Source: Trichoplax sp. H2
Taxonomy: Eukaryota
Assembly: GCA_003344405.1 (NCBI GenBank)
Contig: NOWV01000247.1
Coordinates: forward strand, 1 to 64,000
DNA: 64,000 bases
Direction: 5' to 3'
Below, in pieces: positions 62,469 to 64,000 of this stretch. Positions within the stretch are counted from its first letter, which is position 1; the number at the start of each line of letters is the position of its first letter. The position numbers were made by a program, and so were the translations under genes. The notes beneath the pieces are model-generated. The model searched no databases, had not been told where the DNA came from, and worked only from the letters and a program-made list of their open reading frames with translations.

Positions 62469-63697
62469 AACTTCGGTGGCACTAAGGAAAGTAAACTGTG
62501 TAGGCAAAATCAAGCCCAAAGTAGATAAAAATCTTATAGATATCGATTTTGAACAGGAGTGTTGACAAATTGCAACTTTTAATTTTCGACGCCATCTTGC
62601 CATCGAAGTTAATTCATGGCGTTGTTGTACAATGTACAGTACTGAGCAGTACAGTACACTGAGTATAGTGAACACTGTGAGTACTGTACAGTACTGTAGT
62701 CAGTGTACAGTACGTACTGTAGATAGAATTTTACAATGTACAGTACTGTACACTGAGTACTGTATAGTGAACACTGTGACGACAGTACTGTACAGTACTG
62801 TATACTGTACTGTACTATACTGTACACTGTACTGTACTGTACTGTACTAGCGGACAGTGTACAGTAGTCAGTGTACAGTACCGACAGTACGTACTGTAGA
62901 TAGAACTTTACAATGTACAGTACTGAGCAGTACAGTACACTGAGTATAGTGAACACTGTGACGACAGTACAGTACTGTATACTGTACTATACAGTACACT
63001 GTACTGTACTGTACTAGCGGACAGTGTAGTCAGTGTACAGTACAGTACAGTACGTACTGTAGATAGAACTTTACAATCAGATGTTTAAAATACGCGCCCA
63101 CCAATCAGAGAAGATCACTGAAAGCGAACTACCAATAACAACGAAGCTCGTTTGGCGGTATTTTTAAGTGGGATAACGGCCAAATCTGTCAATGAAAAAA
63201 AATTTGCACGCCANNNNNNNNNNNNNNNNNNNNAACTTCGGTGGCACTAAGGAAAGTAAACTGTGTAAGCAAAATCAAGCCCAAAGTAGATAAAATCTTA
63301 TAGACATCGATTTTGAACAGGAGTGTTGACAAATTACAACTTTTAATTTTCGACGCCATCTTGCCATCGAAGTTAATTCATGGCGTTGTTGTACAATGTA
63401 CAGTACTGAGCAGTACAGTACAGTACACTGAGTATACTGTACTGTACACTAGTGAACACTGTGAGTACTGTACTGTACTGTACAGTACAGTACTGTACTA
63501 GCGGACAGTGTAGTCAGTACTGTATACTGTACAGTACGTACTGTAGATAGAACTTTACAATCAGATGTTTAAAATACGCGCCCACCAATCAGAGAAGATC
63601 AATGAAAGCGAACTACCAATAACAATGAAGCTCGTTTGGCGGTATTTTTAAGTGGGATAACGGCCAAATCTGTCAATGAAAAAAAATTTGCACGCCA
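62469..63697. other. Duplicated segment abutting a 20-N gap (63214-63233); probably two alleles assembled in tandem
   Basis: Copy 1 (62469-63213) ends exactly at the gap and copy 2 (63234-63697) starts exactly at it. Both run AACTTCGGTGGC..TTTGCACGCCA, with several SNPs and a ~280-bp length difference. Confidence 0.85.
62631..63075. repeat. TACAG/TACTG-rich low-complexity tract made of 3 tandem ~105-175 bp units
   Basis: Unit AATGTACAGTACTG..CACTGAGTA..TAGTGAACACTGTGA..GTACGTACTGTAGATAGAA(T/C)TTTAC at ~62631, 62735 and 62912. Units differ mainly in the number of CAGTA/CTGTA modules. Confidence 0.9.
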
Positions 63698-63700
63698 GTA
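63570..63700 (+). promoter_or_regulatory. Candidate promoter with CCAAT boxes and an E2F-like site, for a gene starting near 63740
   Basis: CACCAATCAG (~63583), ACCAATAA (~63615) and TTTGGCGG (~63635), then ATGGCGGAATCGGAG at 63740. The same motifs occur in the allelic copy at 63090-63213. Confidence 0.5.
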
Positions 63701-64000
63701 CAGAAAAATAAGAGGTTGTAGTCGCTTCGTTTTGTTGCTATGGCGGAATCGGAGTCAAGACGAAAATATCAACACCAAACAGTTGGCATTCTTCTGACAT
63801 TCATTTAGCCAAAGTTCTATAGAGTCTGTCTATGGTGTATGCCGTAATCAACAGTTTAATACTTGTATTTATTGTCGATATTAGTACTGTATCAATGAAA
63901 GTTGAGGAAAATTGACGCAGTAAAGTTGGAAAGCTCGGTTATTGAATCGCTGCGTTTTTACTGTATAGTTATGATTACAGGCAATGATTTAAGAGGAAAA

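Noticed and set aside
62368..63501. Tyr/Cys/Thr/Val-rich ORFs (also at 52695, 53252, 53558 and 46831)
   Set aside because: These are translations of TACAG/TACTG low-complexity DNA.

Overview
AT-rich eukaryotic genomic DNA with many short GT-AG introns and two 20-N assembly gaps. Gene content and intron style suggest an early-branching animal, most likely a placozoan such as Trichoplax; this is an inference. Ten multi-exon genes can be assembled by hand: ZXD-family zinc finger (+), BDP1 (-), CNOT11 (+), a FASTK-like/RAP protein with 37-aa repeats (-), EIF2D (+), TADA3 (+), POLR3B (-), NOL7-like (+), SAP30BP (-) and BBS2 (+). They are mostly arranged as head-to-head pairs. The most striking non-genic signal is that promoter-proximal DNA is packed with TA-CAG-TA / TA-CTG-TA units, the known excision footprint of Sleeping-Beauty-type Tc1/mariner elements. 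A CAGT-ended, TA-flanked MITE sits inside one such run, and duplicated or allelic copies of promoters differ by gains or losses of these 5-bp units. The same promoter-proximal regions carry private 120-560 bp tandem duplications. No rRNA, tRNA, CRISPR array or autonomous transposase was recognised. Gene names come from recalled similarity to known proteins, not from a database search. Exon coordinates are hand-derived.
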